DNA of 32,000 nt. It comes from Akkermansia muciniphila ATCC BAA-835 (lineage in GTDB: Bacteria; Verrucomicrobiota; Verrucomicrobiia; Verrucomicrobiales; Akkermansiaceae). The stretch lies in assembly GCF_000020225.1 (NCBI RefSeq), contig NC_010655.1, positions 360,001-392,000 of the forward strand, read 5' to 3'. The notes under the pieces were generated by a model. The model searched no databases, was not told the origin of the DNA, and saw only the letters and a list, made by a program, of their open reading frames with translations. Below, in pieces: positions 9,421-19,193 of the stretch (position 1 is its first letter; every line of letters begins with the position of its first letter). A program made the translations under genes and the position numbers.

Positions 9421-11294
9421 ATGAGCCCTCCTCGGCATCCCGCACCCCTTTTATCATTATCCTTATCCTGCTGCTGGCAATCACGGGGGTGCAGTACTTT
9501 TTCAACTTTAACGGGCTGGGCACTGATGCCGCCATGGACCACGCCCAAATCGCCCGCAACGTAGCCAGGGGGCAGGGGATGACCACCAACTGGCTGAGGC
9601 CCATCCAGATGGTCTCCGGAAGCACACGCGCCGGCCTCAACCCTTTTCTTTCAGACGCCCAGATACACGAACAGGAAGCCATCCGGGCTGGACAAGGCGA
9701 AACCCTCGTCGATCCGGAAAAATTCAATCCCTATGCCCTCCGGGACACACGCAACGCTCCGCTGAACATCCTGACGGAAGCAGCTGTCTTCAGGATGGCC
9801 GGCGTCCACAAATTTGACCTGTGGAGCATGACGGGCTCATCCATGATTTACCTGCCTGACCGGATTGTGGTGGGCATTTCCTGCATGTTCTTCATCCTGT
9901 CCGTCCTGAGCTGCTATTACATCCTTCTCCGGATGTTTGACGTCACCATCGCCTGCTTCACCTGCCTGACGATGATACTCAGCAATCTTTTCCTGCAGTA
10001 CGCTACCAGCGGCCTCCCGCAGATGATGATGCTCTTTTTCTTTGCCTGGGGCATCCACTTTTTGTACACGGCCCTGCAAAACAAGGAGGAAAACCGCGCA
10101 TTCCTGTGGCCTCTCATCGGCAGCTCCATCTGTTTTTCATGCGTCTGCCTTACCGGATGGATCGGGCTGTGGCCCATGGCCGGTTTTCTGATTTTTGCAG
10201 GCATCCGGTTCAAACCGCACGGCCTGTACTGCATTCCGGGCCTTATCACTCTCCTTCTTTTCCTGGCCTACCCCATTTACATTAACCGCTCCCTCAGCGG
10301 AGGCTTCTTCGGAACGGCTTATTACACCATCTTCACGGGGCTGACCGGCAATGAAGAAATAGCGATGAACGCCCTGGTTTCCGGGAGCATTCCCATCGCT
10401 GCCCAAAAAGTAGTCACTTCCGTCATCAACAACATTCTGACACAGGGTGACCTGCTCTATGAAAACCTCGGCAATCTCCCCCTGGCCATGGTATTTCTGC
10501 TGGCCCTCCTGCATAAATTCAAACGTCCGGAAGTCAACCAGTCCAAATGGGGCATCTTTGCCATGTGGGTCCCTGCCGTCATCGGCATGGCCATTTATAC
10601 CTCCAATAAAACCGGCATTTCCTTAGGGCAAATTCAAATCCTCTTCGCTCCCTTTTTCACGGCCTATGGCACGGCATTTGTTCTCAACCTGATAGCCAGG
10701 CATTCCAACAAAGAGCTAATCTCCATCCTTCGGGGAGGCGTCCTGCTGCTCTCCCTTCTCATCACTTCCCTTCCGCTTCTGCTCAACCTTCCGCACATTG
10801 TGCGGGTGGGCATCCTGACGGCCGGCCGCGGCATTCCGGCATGGCCGCCCTACTATCCCCTGGGCCTTAACCGGGATCTTCGCACCCAGACGGCGGAAAA
10901 GGATTTCATTCTCACGGACCAGCCGTCCGCCGTCGGGTGGTATGCAGACCGGAAAGCCATCGGCATCCCCAAAATGGTGGAACAATTCATGGTGCTGGAA
11001 CGCATTTTGAAATTCCACGGAGGCAAGGTGGGCAGCATTCTGGTGACTCCTTCTTCCACGTCAAAAATGAACCTCCGCACCATTTCCTCCTCCTATGGAG
11101 AATTCACTCCCCTCGTTCTGGAAGGCACGGTTCTGTTCCAGACCAAGGATAAAAACCCCGTGTACATCTTTGACCACAGCCGGGCGCTTGCCCCCCTGGC
11201 GCAGCGCTTTGGAACGCCTGACTCCCGCCAATTCATTCAGGGAGCGGAAATGATTCTTTACAAAGACCTTCAGAAAACCGCCCCTCAACCTTAA
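9417..11294 (+). CDS. Polytopic integral membrane protein, possibly a GT-C-fold (PMT_2/ArnT-like) glycosyltransferase
   Basis: 625 aa with many hydrophobic spans. The first loop GTDAAMDHAQIARNVARGQG resembles the D-x-x-x-(Y/H) ... A-x-N-x-x-x-G loop of GT39/GT83-type enzymes; this is a weak, motif-level resemblance only. The start overlaps the regulator stop (ATGA at 9417-9420). Confidence 0.7.
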   Translation: MNEPSSASRTPFIIILILLLAITGVQYFFNFNGLGTDAAMDHAQIARNVARGQGMTTNWLRPIQMVSGSTRAGLNPFLSDAQIHEQEAIRAGQGETLVDPEKFNPYALRDTRNAPLNILTEAAVFRMAGVHKFDLWSMTGSSMIYLPDRIVVGISCMFFILSVLSCYYILLRMFDVTIACFTCLTMILSNLFLQYATSGLPQMMMLFFFAWGIHFLYTALQNKEENRAFLWPLIGSSICFSCVCLTGWIGLWPMAGFLIFAGIRFKPHGLYCIPGLITLLLFLAYPIYINRSLSGGFFGTAYYTIFTGLTGNEEIAMNALVSGSIPIAAQKVVTSVINNILTQGDLLYENLGNLPLAMVFLLALLHKFKRPEVNQSKWGIFAMWVPAVIGMAIYTSNKTGISLGQIQILFAPFFTAYGTAFVLNLIARHSNKELISILRGGVLLLSLLITSLPLLLNLPHIVRVGILTAGRGIPAWPPYYPLGLNRDLRTQTAEKDFILTDQPSAVGWYADRKAIGIPKMVEQFMVLERILKFHGGKVGSILVTPSSTSKMNLRTISSSYGEFTPLVLEGTVLFQTKDKNPVYIFDHSRALAPLAQRFGTPDSRQFIQGAEMILYKDLQKTAPQP

Positions 11295-11301
11295 TTCCCA
11301 T

Positions 11302-11562
11302 ATGGCCAAACAACGGAAAAACGCTCCCGGATTTGAAGAATCCGTAGCACGCCTGGAAGAAATCATACGCCTGACGGAAGCCCCCGTCACCGAGCTGGAA
11401 GACATGATAGCCCTGGTGGAAGAAGGCAATAAGCTCATCCGTCACTGCCGCAGCATCCTGCATGATGCGGAACTGCGCATTCAAACTCTCAGCAACCCGG
11501 AAACCGTTCAGGATAAAACGGATACTGATGAACCAGACAGCAATGAATTCTCCCTCACCTGA
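11302..11562 (+). CDS. xseB: Exodeoxyribonuclease VII small subunit
   Basis: 86 aa. FEESVARLEEIIRLTEAPVTELEDMIALVEEGNKLIRHCRSILHDAELRIQTL matches the XseB helical-hairpin pattern. xseB-dxs linkage is common. Confidence 0.85.
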   Translation: MAKQRKNAPGFEESVARLEEIIRLTEAPVTELEDMIALVEEGNKLIRHCRSILHDAELRIQTLSNPETVQDKTDTDEPDSNEFSLT

Positions 11563-13429
11563 ACTTCCGGAACTGCTGGCAAGCATCCGCAGTCACGCAG
11601 ATCTGATGGAAATCCCTGAGTCGGAACTGCCCAGGCTTGCGGAAGAAATCCGGAATACTCTCATTCACTCCCTTTCCCTCACCGGAGGCCACCTGGGCCC
11701 CAACCTGGGCGTGGTAGAGCTGAGCATTGCCCTTCACCGCGTCTTTGAAACGCCGCGGGATAAAATCATCTTTGATGTCTCCCACCAGGCCTATGTCCAT
11801 AAAATGCTGACTGGGCGCGCTCCCCTGATCCACACCATCCGCCAGCACGGGGGGCTTTCCGGATTTGCCAAAATGTCCGAATCCCCTCATGACTCCTACG
11901 GAGCGGGGCATGCGGGCACGGCGCTTTCCGCCGCCCTGGGCATGTGCGCGGCCAGGGACCTGAAAGGAGAAGACTACCATGTGGTGGCCGTAGCCGGGGA
12001 TGCGGCATTCACCTGCGGCACCACTCTGGAGGCGCTGAACAATATCAGCCAGACCACCAAACGGTACATCACCATTCTGAATGACAACGAATGGGCCATC
12101 GACAAAAACGTAGGAGCGCTGGCAAAATACTTCAACTCCCTGCAAACATCGGAAACGTTTTCCTGGTTAAGGGATAAAACGGCTTCCTTCATTGAAAAGC
12201 TGGGCGGCACGCAGGCCAGGGACTTTGCTTTCAAGCTGGAAGGCACCACCAAAAACCTTATCTTCCCGTCCCTGCTGTTCAACAAATTCGGGCTGCGCTA
12301 TTTCGGCCCCCTGGACGGACACGACATTCCCACCCTGATACGCACCCTTGCCTACATCAAGGATCTCAACGAACCCGTTATTCTGCATGTGGTCACTCAG
12401 AAGGGTAAGGGCTACCAGCCCGCTCTGGACAACCCCACCAAATTCCACGGCCTGGGCTCCTATTGCGTGAGGGACGGGGAAACGCAGGCCGCCCCCACCC
12501 CCACATTCTCCCATATCTTCGGCTCCACGCTGGTGGAAATGGCGCGCGAGGATGAATCCATCACAGCCATCACGGCCGCCATGGCCAGCGGCACCAAGCT
12601 GGACTTATTCAAGGAAGCCTTCCCCAAACGCTATTTCGACGTAGGGATCGCGGAAGAGCACGGCGCCCTCTTCGCCTGCGGGCTGGCGGCGGAGGGCATG
12701 AAACCCTACATCGCCATTTACTCCACTTTCATGCAGCGCTGTATTGACATGATTCAACATGACGCCGCGCTGCAAAAACTGCCCGTGCGTTTCTGCATGG
12801 ACCGCGCCGGGCTTTCCCCGGACGACGGCCCCACACACCACGGGCTGTTTGACATTGCCATGATTCGCAGTATCCCGAACATTGTCTTCATGCAGCCCAA
12901 GGATGAAGCCGAATTCGTCCACATGCTCCGAACCATGAACCATTACCAGAACGGCCCCACCGTTATCCGCTATCCCAGAGGATGCGGCGCCGGAACCCCC
13001 GTCCCCGCCAAGGCGGAAATCCTCCCCATCGGCAAGGCGGAAGTACTTCAGGCGGGACAGGATGTAACCCTCGTTTCCCTGGGCACCATGATCGGCATCG
13101 CCCGGGAAACCGCCTCGCTGCTGGAAGTCCGCGGCTACACCGTCACCCTGATCAATGCCCGTTTCATCAAACCTCTGGATGATGAATGCATCCGCCGTCA
13201 CGCAGCACGCAGCCGGGTGGTCTGCACCTTCGAAGACCACTCCATCAGCGGCGGCTTCAACTCAGCCGTTCTCGAATCCCTGGAAACCGGAGATGTCAAG
13301 ACGCCCGTGGAAGCCATCGCTTGGCCGGACCAATTTATTGAGCATGGTTCGGAATCCATCCTCAGAAAAAAATATGGACTCACGGCGGAAGCCGCGCTAC
13401 AAAAAATCATTCCCCACCTGAACTCCTGA
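11528..13429 (+). CDS. dxs: 1-deoxy-D-xylulose-5-phosphate synthase
   Basis: GGHLGPNLGVVELSIALHRVF, SHQAYVHKMLTGR, GDAAFTCG and IAEEHGALFACGLA motifs are diagnostic of Dxs (TPP enzyme). The open frame begins at 11462. Likely starts are 11528 (MNQT) or 11543 (MNSP), overlapping xseB by 20-35 nt. Confidence 0.95.
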   Translation: MNQTAMNSPSPELPELLASIRSHADLMEIPESELPRLAEEIRNTLIHSLSLTGGHLGPNLGVVELSIALHRVFETPRDKIIFDVSHQAYVHKMLTGRAPLIHTIRQHGGLSGFAKMSESPHDSYGAGHAGTALSAALGMCAARDLKGEDYHVVAVAGDAAFTCGTTLEALNNISQTTKRYITILNDNEWAIDKNVGALAKYFNSLQTSETFSWLRDKTASFIEKLGGTQARDFAFKLEGTTKNLIFPSLLFNKFGLRYFGPLDGHDIPTLIRTLAYIKDLNEPVILHVVTQKGKGYQPALDNPTKFHGLGSYCVRDGETQAAPTPTFSHIFGSTLVEMAREDESITAITAAMASGTKLDLFKEAFPKRYFDVGIAEEHGALFACGLAAEGMKPYIAIYSTFMQRCIDMIQHDAALQKLPVRFCMDRAGLSPDDGPTHHGLFDIAMIRSIPNIVFMQPKDEAEFVHMLRTMNHYQNGPTVIRYPRGCGAGTPVPAKAEILPIGKAEVLQAGQDVTLVSLGTMIGIARETASLLEVRGYTVTLINARFIKPLDDECIRRHAARSRVVCTFEDHSISGGFNSAVLESLETGDVKTPVEAIAWPDQFIEHGSESILRKKYGLTAEAALQKIIPHLNS

Positions 13430-13436
13430 TCTGTTT

Positions 13437-14210
13437 ATGAAAACACGCACCTTCCTGCTGGCAGCCCTTGCGCTTGCCCTTCTTCCCGTCTCCGCGCGGC
13501 AATCCCTGCCGGCCTCCCCTTCCCCTGCCTGGATTCAGGAATTCAACAACCTGCCGGAAACAACCAGAAAAAGCTATATAGCCCAATTCCGCAAAGCGGA
13601 ACAGCTCTTTGCCCAGAAAAGAATCATGGAATGTCTTTTTTCCCTCATGGAGCTGGAAAAACTTTATGCCGGAAATCCGGGCTTATACAACCTCCGCGGC
13701 GCATGCTACATTGAAATCCGCAATATCGAAAAAGCCCTGGAAAATTTTGAAAAAGCCCAGAAACTGGATCCCTCCAACCTCACCATCCAGTTCAACCTGG
13801 CGGAAGCGCATTACGTCAATCACGACTATTCCAGGGCTCTGAAAGCGTTCACGGAACTCCTTCTCCCCTTCAAGGACAATCCCGGCATGACGCCCCTGCT
13901 GCAATTCAAGCGTTATATCTGCGCCCGCAAACTGGATAACCAGCCCCTTGCTGCGGAATTGGAAAAGCTGTACGGCCCGATGGATGATACGCCATACTAC
14001 TACTGCACCCAGGCCATCCTCAAACTGATGGAAGGGGACAAGGAAGCCGCCCAGGGACAGCTCCTTTCCGCCATCCGCATCTACGGAGGCACCAGCGCCA
14101 TCCAGGCCTTCACGGACGCCATGACGGAGGCTGGCATCCTTCCCTCCCCCTATGGGCAAACCGTCCCAACCGAACAGCCGGTAAAAACCGGACTGGAAAA
14201 ACGCCGTTAA
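13437..14210 (+). CDS. Secreted TPR-repeat protein
   Basis: 257 aa. N-terminal signal-like MKTRTFLLAALALALLPVSA. TPR-like repeats (YNLRGACYIEIRNIEKALENFEKAQKLDP, FNLAEAHYVNHDYSRALKAF). Confidence 0.7.
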   Translation: MKTRTFLLAALALALLPVSARQSLPASPSPAWIQEFNNLPETTRKSYIAQFRKAEQLFAQKRIMECLFSLMELEKLYAGNPGLYNLRGACYIEIRNIEKALENFEKAQKLDPSNLTIQFNLAEAHYVNHDYSRALKAFTELLLPFKDNPGMTPLLQFKRYICARKLDNQPLAAELEKLYGPMDDTPYYYCTQAILKLMEGDKEAAQGQLLSAIRIYGGTSAIQAFTDAMTEAGILPSPYGQTVPTEQPVKTGLEKRR

Positions 14211-14746
14211 TGAATGCGGAAGCGACGGTCCTGAAGCTTTATCCCCTGGGAGAAAACGGCCTGATTGCCGTCTGGTGCACGGAAGAAGGCCTTATCAGGA
14301 CGGCGGCAAAAAGCGCCAGAAAACCCGGCAGCCCCTTTGCCGGGTGTCTGGACATTTTCTATCAGTGCCGCATGCAGTGGACGCAGGCAAAGAAGGGGGA
14401 TTTGCACACCCTGACCTCCGCAGACCTGCTTTCACCGCGCCTGGCCCTCCGGAAAAGCTACCTCCGACTCAGTGCGGCAGGCTATTTCGCGCGCCTGTTT
14501 CTCCAAATGCTGGAACCGGACACGCCCATCCCGGAATTTTACGACTTGCTGCAGAGGGCCTACACCTACCTGGAAAACAATGATCCCACGCTGCGCGCCG
14601 TCCTGCACTTCGAACAGGAACTCGCCCGGCTGCATGGAATAGCCCACCCAGGCATCCCGGCGCACGTCATTCTGAAATCCCACTTCGGCAAGCTTCCCCC
14701 GCAGCGGGAAAAACTGCTCGGAAGCCTGGAACAAAAAGAAAGCTGA
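14210..14746 (+). CDS. recO: DNA repair protein RecO-like (short form)
   Basis: 178 aa. OB-fold-like N-terminus (ATVLKLYPLGENGLIAVWCTEEGLIRTAAKSARK) followed by a helical region (LRLSAAGYFARLFLQMLEPDTP ... RAVLHFEQELARLHG), similar to RecO. No CxxC zinc finger is seen. Start overlaps the upstream stop (TAATG). Confidence 0.55.
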   Translation: MNAEATVLKLYPLGENGLIAVWCTEEGLIRTAAKSARKPGSPFAGCLDIFYQCRMQWTQAKKGDLHTLTSADLLSPRLALRKSYLRLSAAGYFARLFLQMLEPDTPIPEFYDLLQRAYTYLENNDPTLRAVLHFEQELARLHGIAHPGIPAHVILKSHFGKLPPQREKLLGSLEQKES

Positions 14747-14848
14747 GCAACATGCCTATCCCGCTTTCATCCTCAGCAGGGGATGTTCCCCGCCCCGCTC
14801 AACACTTCCTTCCTCCGGGACGGGATGCGCATTGTTCCGTGCGCGAGA

Positions 14849-14877
14849 TTGACTTGTCCGCAGCCTTCGGGCAGAAT
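14849..14877 (+). promoter_or_regulatory. Candidate sigma-70-type promoter for the LptF/G-family gene
   Basis: TTGACT (14849-14854), a 17-nt spacer, then CAGAAT (14872-14877), about 20 nt upstream of the ATG at 14898. E. coli-type consensus is applied to a lineage whose promoter rules I cannot verify. Confidence 0.25.
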
Positions 14878-14897
14878 ATCCGGCACGGTTTTACTGC

Positions 14898-15989
14898 ATG
14901 AAGATCCTTGACAGATACATTGCCCGCCAGCTGCTGGGTGTCACGGCCCTGGGGGTAATGGCCCTGAGCGCCCTGCTCCTTCTGGGCAACCTGTTCAAGG
15001 AACTGCGTCCCCTCCTGGTGGAAAACAAGGCTCCCATCAGCATCGTTCTGGAATTCATCTTCCAGGTCATCCCCTTTTCGCTGATGTTCTCCATTCCGTG
15101 GGGGTTCCTGACGGCCGTTCTTCTGGTGTACGGCCGTCTGGCCTCGGACAACGAACTCACCTCCATGCGCATGTCCGGCATGAGCCTGTGGCGTCTGAGC
15201 GCCCCCGCCATCGCCATCGGCATCGCCCTTTCCGGCCTTTGCTACTGGATTAACATAGACATCGCACCGCGCGCCAAGCAATCCATTTCCGAGTTGCTCA
15301 TCAAAGCCGCATCCATCAACCCGAAGGGGCTTCTCAATGAAGGCCAGGCCATTACCAAATTCGACAACCTGGAAATCTACATCGACAAACGCGTGGACGA
15401 CGTCATCCACGGCATGCATATCTACCAGAAAGCGGACGACAAATCCCCGTCTGTGGCCATGCACTCGGAACGCGTGACCATGGATTTCTCCCCCGAGAAA
15501 AAAATCCTCACCCTGCATCTCATCAATCCCCTCATCACCACGCAGGAAGAAGGTTCCATCTCCCAAAGCGTGACCATGGACGAGATGCCTCTGAGCATCA
15601 ACTTGGACAAATCCCGCTCCCGGCGCATCAAGGCCAACCGCTTCACCAACCGGGAAATCCGGGAAGCTCTGGACACGCCCGGCTATCTGGATAAAAAGCA
15701 GACCACGGAATTCGCCACGGAACTGCCCAGGCGCGCCTCCTTCTCCCTGGCCTGCATCGTCTTTGCCCTCATCGGCGTGCCACTGGCCATCAACACCCGC
15801 AGAAAAGACACCTCCACAGGATTTGCCCTGGGCATCCTGATCGCCTCACTCTACTTTCTGGCCCTGATCTTTGCAGACTTGTCCCGGAAAAACGACACGA
15901 TGCTCCCCTATATTCTGCTGTGGCTTCCCAACATCATCACGGTTGCCGTGGCGTTGCACCTTCACAAACGGGCCAAGCACAAAGGATAA
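14898..15989 (+). CDS. LptF/LptG-family (YjgP/YjgQ) LPS export permease
   Basis: 363 aa. N-terminus MKILDRYIARQLL is the family hallmark. Three TM segments, then a periplasmic beta-jellyroll-sized insert, then three C-terminal TM segments. Confidence 0.85.
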   Translation: MKILDRYIARQLLGVTALGVMALSALLLLGNLFKELRPLLVENKAPISIVLEFIFQVIPFSLMFSIPWGFLTAVLLVYGRLASDNELTSMRMSGMSLWRLSAPAIAIGIALSGLCYWINIDIAPRAKQSISELLIKAASINPKGLLNEGQAITKFDNLEIYIDKRVDDVIHGMHIYQKADDKSPSVAMHSERVTMDFSPEKKILTLHLINPLITTQEEGSISQSVTMDEMPLSINLDKSRSRRIKANRFTNREIREALDTPGYLDKKQTTEFATELPRRASFSLACIVFALIGVPLAINTRRKDTSTGFALGILIASLYFLALIFADLSRKNDTMLPYILLWLPNIITVAVALHLHKRAKHKG

Positions 15990-16037
15990 GCCCCCGGCGG
16001 AAGCCCTTCCCGCTGGCGTGGAATTAGCTTTCACAGC

Positions 16038-17459
16038 ATGGGAGCTTCGGGTAACATGACGTGCATGCAGCACGTCCCCACCATCGCCATCGTAGGCAGG
16101 CCCAATGTCGGGAAATCCGCCATTTTCAACAGAATGGCAGGCAGGCGCATCGCCATCGTGCATGATGAACCCGGCGTCACCCGCGACCGCCTTTCCGCCC
16201 CCTGCAAGATTACGGACCGCGCCTGTAAAATCATGGATACGGGCGGTATCGGCGCGCGCCTGAGCGACGGCTTTGCAGAACAGGTAGAGGCAGAGGCGGA
16301 CATTGCCATAAAAACGGCGGACCTCATCCTCTTCGTGCTGGACTGCCGGGATCACCTTACACCTATCGACCAGAGCATCGCGGACCACCTCCGCAAATCG
16401 GACATTCCCGTCATCCTCCTTCTTAACAAAGCCGACCACGAAAAACAGGACCTTAATCTGGGCGAATTTGCCGGACTGGGTTTTGACGACCATATCTTTC
16501 TTTCCGCCGCCCACGGCAGAGGCTTTTCCGAATTAGCCTCCCGGCTGGACGGTTTTCTCAAGCAAAAAGGGGCTCCGCTTAAAGAAGAACTGGAGGAAGA
16601 ACCGGAAAACGGAGAGGAAACGGCCCTTCCCATCAAGGTAGCCGTAGTGGGACGCCCCAACGCAGGCAAATCCTCCCTGGTCAACGCCATCCTCCGGGAC
16701 AGGCGCACCATTGTCTCCAATGTGGCGGGCACTACCCGCGATGCCATTGACGTCCCCTACCTGCACGACGGCCAGCCCTACGTGCTGATTGACACCGCCG
16801 GCATGCGCCCACGCTCCCGTCGGGACACCTCCGTAGAAGTTTTCTCCGCCATGCGCAGTGAAAAAGCCATCCGCCGGGCGGATATCTGCCTGCTGGTCAT
16901 TGACATTGCGGCGGGCATCACGCAGCAGGACCGCCGCATTGCCGGCATCATTGCGGAGGAAGGAAAACCCTGTATCATCATCGTCAACAAATTCGACCTC
17001 TTCCATCCGAATGCCTCCCGCAAGGACCGCATGGCGGAAGTGGAGGAACAGGTGCGCAGGGAACTCTTCTTCATCAGCTACGCGCCTTTCATCGCCACCT
17101 CCGCCAAAAAAGCGGAAGGCGTGGAAATCATCTTCAAAGTCATCACGCGCATCCGCCGGGAATCCCATAACCTGCCCACTACCGGCCAGCTCAACCGCCT
17201 GATCCAGCTTGCCCAGCAGATGAATCCCCCCGGCGCCGCCAGCGGCTCTGCCAGAAGGTTGAAAATATATTACGCCACCACAGCGGTGGACCCCAAGTAC
17301 AATACTATTCCCGTCCCGCGCTACGTTCTTTTCGTCAATGACAAAAGCCTGCTCACGGACAGCTATTCCCAGTACCTGCGCAACAAAATAAGGGAAGCCT
17401 ACCCCGCTCCCGGCATTCCGGTCATCTTCTCCGCCCGTTCACGCGTGCGCAACGACTGA
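16038..17459 (+). CDS. der: Ribosome-associated GTPase Der/EngA (tandem GTPase + KH-like domain)
   Basis: Two G domains: IAIVGRPNVGKSAIFN ... DTGG ... NKAD and VAVVGRPNAGKSSLVN ... DTAGMR ... NKFD. C-terminal KH-like tail. The true start may be at 16065 (MQHVPTIAIVGRPNVGKS). Confidence 0.93.
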   Translation: MGASGNMTCMQHVPTIAIVGRPNVGKSAIFNRMAGRRIAIVHDEPGVTRDRLSAPCKITDRACKIMDTGGIGARLSDGFAEQVEAEADIAIKTADLILFVLDCRDHLTPIDQSIADHLRKSDIPVILLLNKADHEKQDLNLGEFAGLGFDDHIFLSAAHGRGFSELASRLDGFLKQKGAPLKEELEEEPENGEETALPIKVAVVGRPNAGKSSLVNAILRDRRTIVSNVAGTTRDAIDVPYLHDGQPYVLIDTAGMRPRSRRDTSVEVFSAMRSEKAIRRADICLLVIDIAAGITQQDRRIAGIIAEEGKPCIIIVNKFDLFHPNASRKDRMAEVEEQVRRELFFISYAPFIATSAKKAEGVEIIFKVITRIRRESHNLPTTGQLNRLIQLAQQMNPPGAASGSARRLKIYYATTAVDPKYNTIPVPRYVLFVNDKSLLTDSYSQYLRNKIREAYPAPGIPVIFSARSRVRND

Positions 17460-17477
17460 TCATCCCTCCTTCTCCGC

Positions 17478-18446
17478 ATGCTCTCCGTCAGGAACCTCAG
17501 CGCCTCCTTCCACACCAGGGCCGGCATTGTCCGGGCGGTAAGGAACGTGTCCTTTGATGTAGCCCCGGGGGAAACGCTTGGCATCGTGGGTGAATCCGGA
17601 TCAGGAAAATCCGTCACCTGCTACTCCATGATGGGGCTCATTCCGATGCCTCCGGGCCGCATTGAAAGCGGTTCCGCCATGCTGAACGGCACGGATCTGC
17701 TCCGTTGCCCGGAAAAGAAACTCCGGGCCATCCGCGGCAAACGCATCTCCATGATCTTCCAGGACCCCATGACCTCCCTCAACCCGTACCTGACCATCGG
17801 GGAGCAGGTGGCGGAACCCCTTGTCATTCACGAAGGGGCCGGCAAAAAGGAAGCGCGGGCACGCGCGCTGGAACAGCTTGCCCTGGCAGGCATACCGGAT
17901 GCGGAACAGCGCATGGACGCATATCCCCACCAATTCTCCGGCGGCATGCGCCAGCGCGTGATGATTGCCATGGCCCTCATCACCAGGCCGGAAATACTCA
18001 TCGCGGATGAACCCACCACCGCCCTTGACGTCACTGTCCAGAAGCAGGTGCTGGATCTCATCAGAAAACTTCAGCAGGACATGGGCACCTCCGTCATCCT
18101 CATCACACATGACCTCGGCGTGGTGCGCCAATACGCGGACCGCATCAATGTCATGTATGCAGGCCGCATCGTGGAAAGCGCCCCGGCGAAGGAACTTCTG
18201 GAACATCCCCGGCATGCCTACACCAGAGCCCTGATGAAATCCATTCCCGGGCTGCATGCGAAAGGCGCCCCCCTCTATACCATTCCCGGACTGCCTCCCA
18301 ACATGACTCAGGAGCCATGCGGATGCAGCTTCCGCCCCAGGAACACCCTCGGAAACCCGGCACTCTGCCTCACGGACCGGGAACCGGAGCTGGTGGAAAT
18401 ATCTCCGGGGCACTCAGTCCAGAATTGTCCGGGCTGCCTAGCTTAG
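17478..18446 (+). CDS. Oligopeptide/dipeptide-type ABC transporter ATP-binding protein (OppD/DppD-like)
   Basis: 322 aa. Walker A GESGSGKS, signature FSGGMRQRV, Walker [14 protein letters not shown]-loop ITHDL and the OppD-type C-terminal extension with Cys residues ([10 protein letters not shown] ... CPGC). No cognate permease or OppF is adjacent. Confidence 0.88.
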   Translation: MLSVRNLSASFHTRAGIVRAVRNVSFDVAPGETLGIVGESGSGKSVTCYSMMGLIPMPPGRIESGSAMLNGTDLLRCPEKKLRAIRGKRISMIFQDPMTSLNPYLTIGEQVAEPLVIHEGAGKKEARARALEQLALAGIPDAEQRMDAYPHQFSGGMRQRVMIAMALITRPEILIADEPTTALDVTVQKQVLDLIRKLQQDMGTSVILITHDLGVVRQYADRINVMYAGRIVESAPAKELLEHPRHAYTRALMKSIPGLHAKGAPLYTIPGLPPNMTQEPCGCSFRPRNTLGNPALCLTDREPELVEISPGHSVQNCPGCLA

Positions 18447-18888
18447 CTCCCTTTCTTTCCTGCCTGTTTGCACGCAGATAATGCCGCGCACGATTGATTG
18501 CTTCTCGCTTTCGGGAAAAGCCGGGCGGCCGTTGCGGTTACGGTTCTTCAGATTTGACTTGGCTGTTGTCTTGGGTTTCATTGGCGGTGGGGATTTGGGG
18601 TGGTTGAAAAATGGAGTGGCTGGCGATGGGCGGTACACTGGTGTACCGTTGCACCGGGTGAACTCTTCTTCAATCATACGCTTCTTTTCTTCCTTGAATG
18701 ATTTTGGCACCCACTTGTCGATGTCAAAGTCATAGTCCATATCTGGGGGAAGGAGCATCCTCCCAAGGATTGCCATCCATGGCACCTTCGGGAACAATGC
18801 TCTTGATGGCTATCTCTGCGTCTTGACGCGCTCTCATTCGGGCAATATACTCATTCGCATCAAAACTACTTGTATATCTGTCTATCAT
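18438..18888 (-). pseudogene. Hypothetical protein split by a +1 frameshift in a C5 homopolymer
   Basis: A 52-codon ORF (18888 down to 18730, MIDRYTSSFDANEYIARMRARQDAEIAIKSIVPEGAMDGNPWEDAPSP...) continues in the 119-aa ORF frame (...PDMDYDFDIDKWVPKSFKEEKKR...) if one C is removed from the minus-strand CCCCC run (ggggg at 18744-18748). No recognisable domain. The 3' end overlaps the oppD-like stop by 9 nt. Confidence 0.4.
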
Positions 18889-18943
18889 AATAATTTAAAT
18901 TGTGGTCACCGAGAAAAACTCAGCAACCGGGGTTAATGTTGAA

Positions 18944-19193
18944 CTTGATAATTTGATGAAAAGTAGTGGTAACTATATGTGAAATAGTATGTTATTTTTT
19001 CATCGGTATTTCATCAAAATTTTTCGACCAATGAAAAGAAGAAGCAACCGGGGCAAAAGAGAAGTCCAATCCTGATATTTTTCTTTTCAGTGGTTTTATC
19101 CTTGTTGAGCCGATGATGAAAGGGCGATGAAAAGAAAAACTTCTGATAACTATTCTTTTATGTTCTCATTCATCAATTCATCAAATTATCAAG
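18944..19193. repeat. 17-bp perfect inverted repeat pair enclosing iteron-like short repeats
   Basis: cttgataatttgatgaa (18944-18960) is the exact reverse complement of ttcatcaaattatcaag (19177-19193). The AT-rich interval between them holds repeated (c/g)gatgaaa(a/g)g units (18955, 19031, 19112, 19125), gcaaccgggg twice (18923, 19035) and attcatca twice (19169-19183). Confidence 0.5.

Noticed and set aside
10667-10680. Near-consensus sigma-54 promoter TGGCACGgcatTTGT
   Set aside because: It lies inside the 625-aa membrane-protein CDS, about 620 nt from the next start codon, with TTGT instead of TTGC. It is most likely chance, though an internal promoter cannot be excluded without TSS data.
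14881-14897. GGCACG ... TGCA resembling a sigma-54 -24/-12 element just before the LptF/G-family start
   Set aside because: The GG-to-GC spacing is 12 rather than 10 nt, and it ends about 2 nt from the ATG, leaving no room for a transcript leader.
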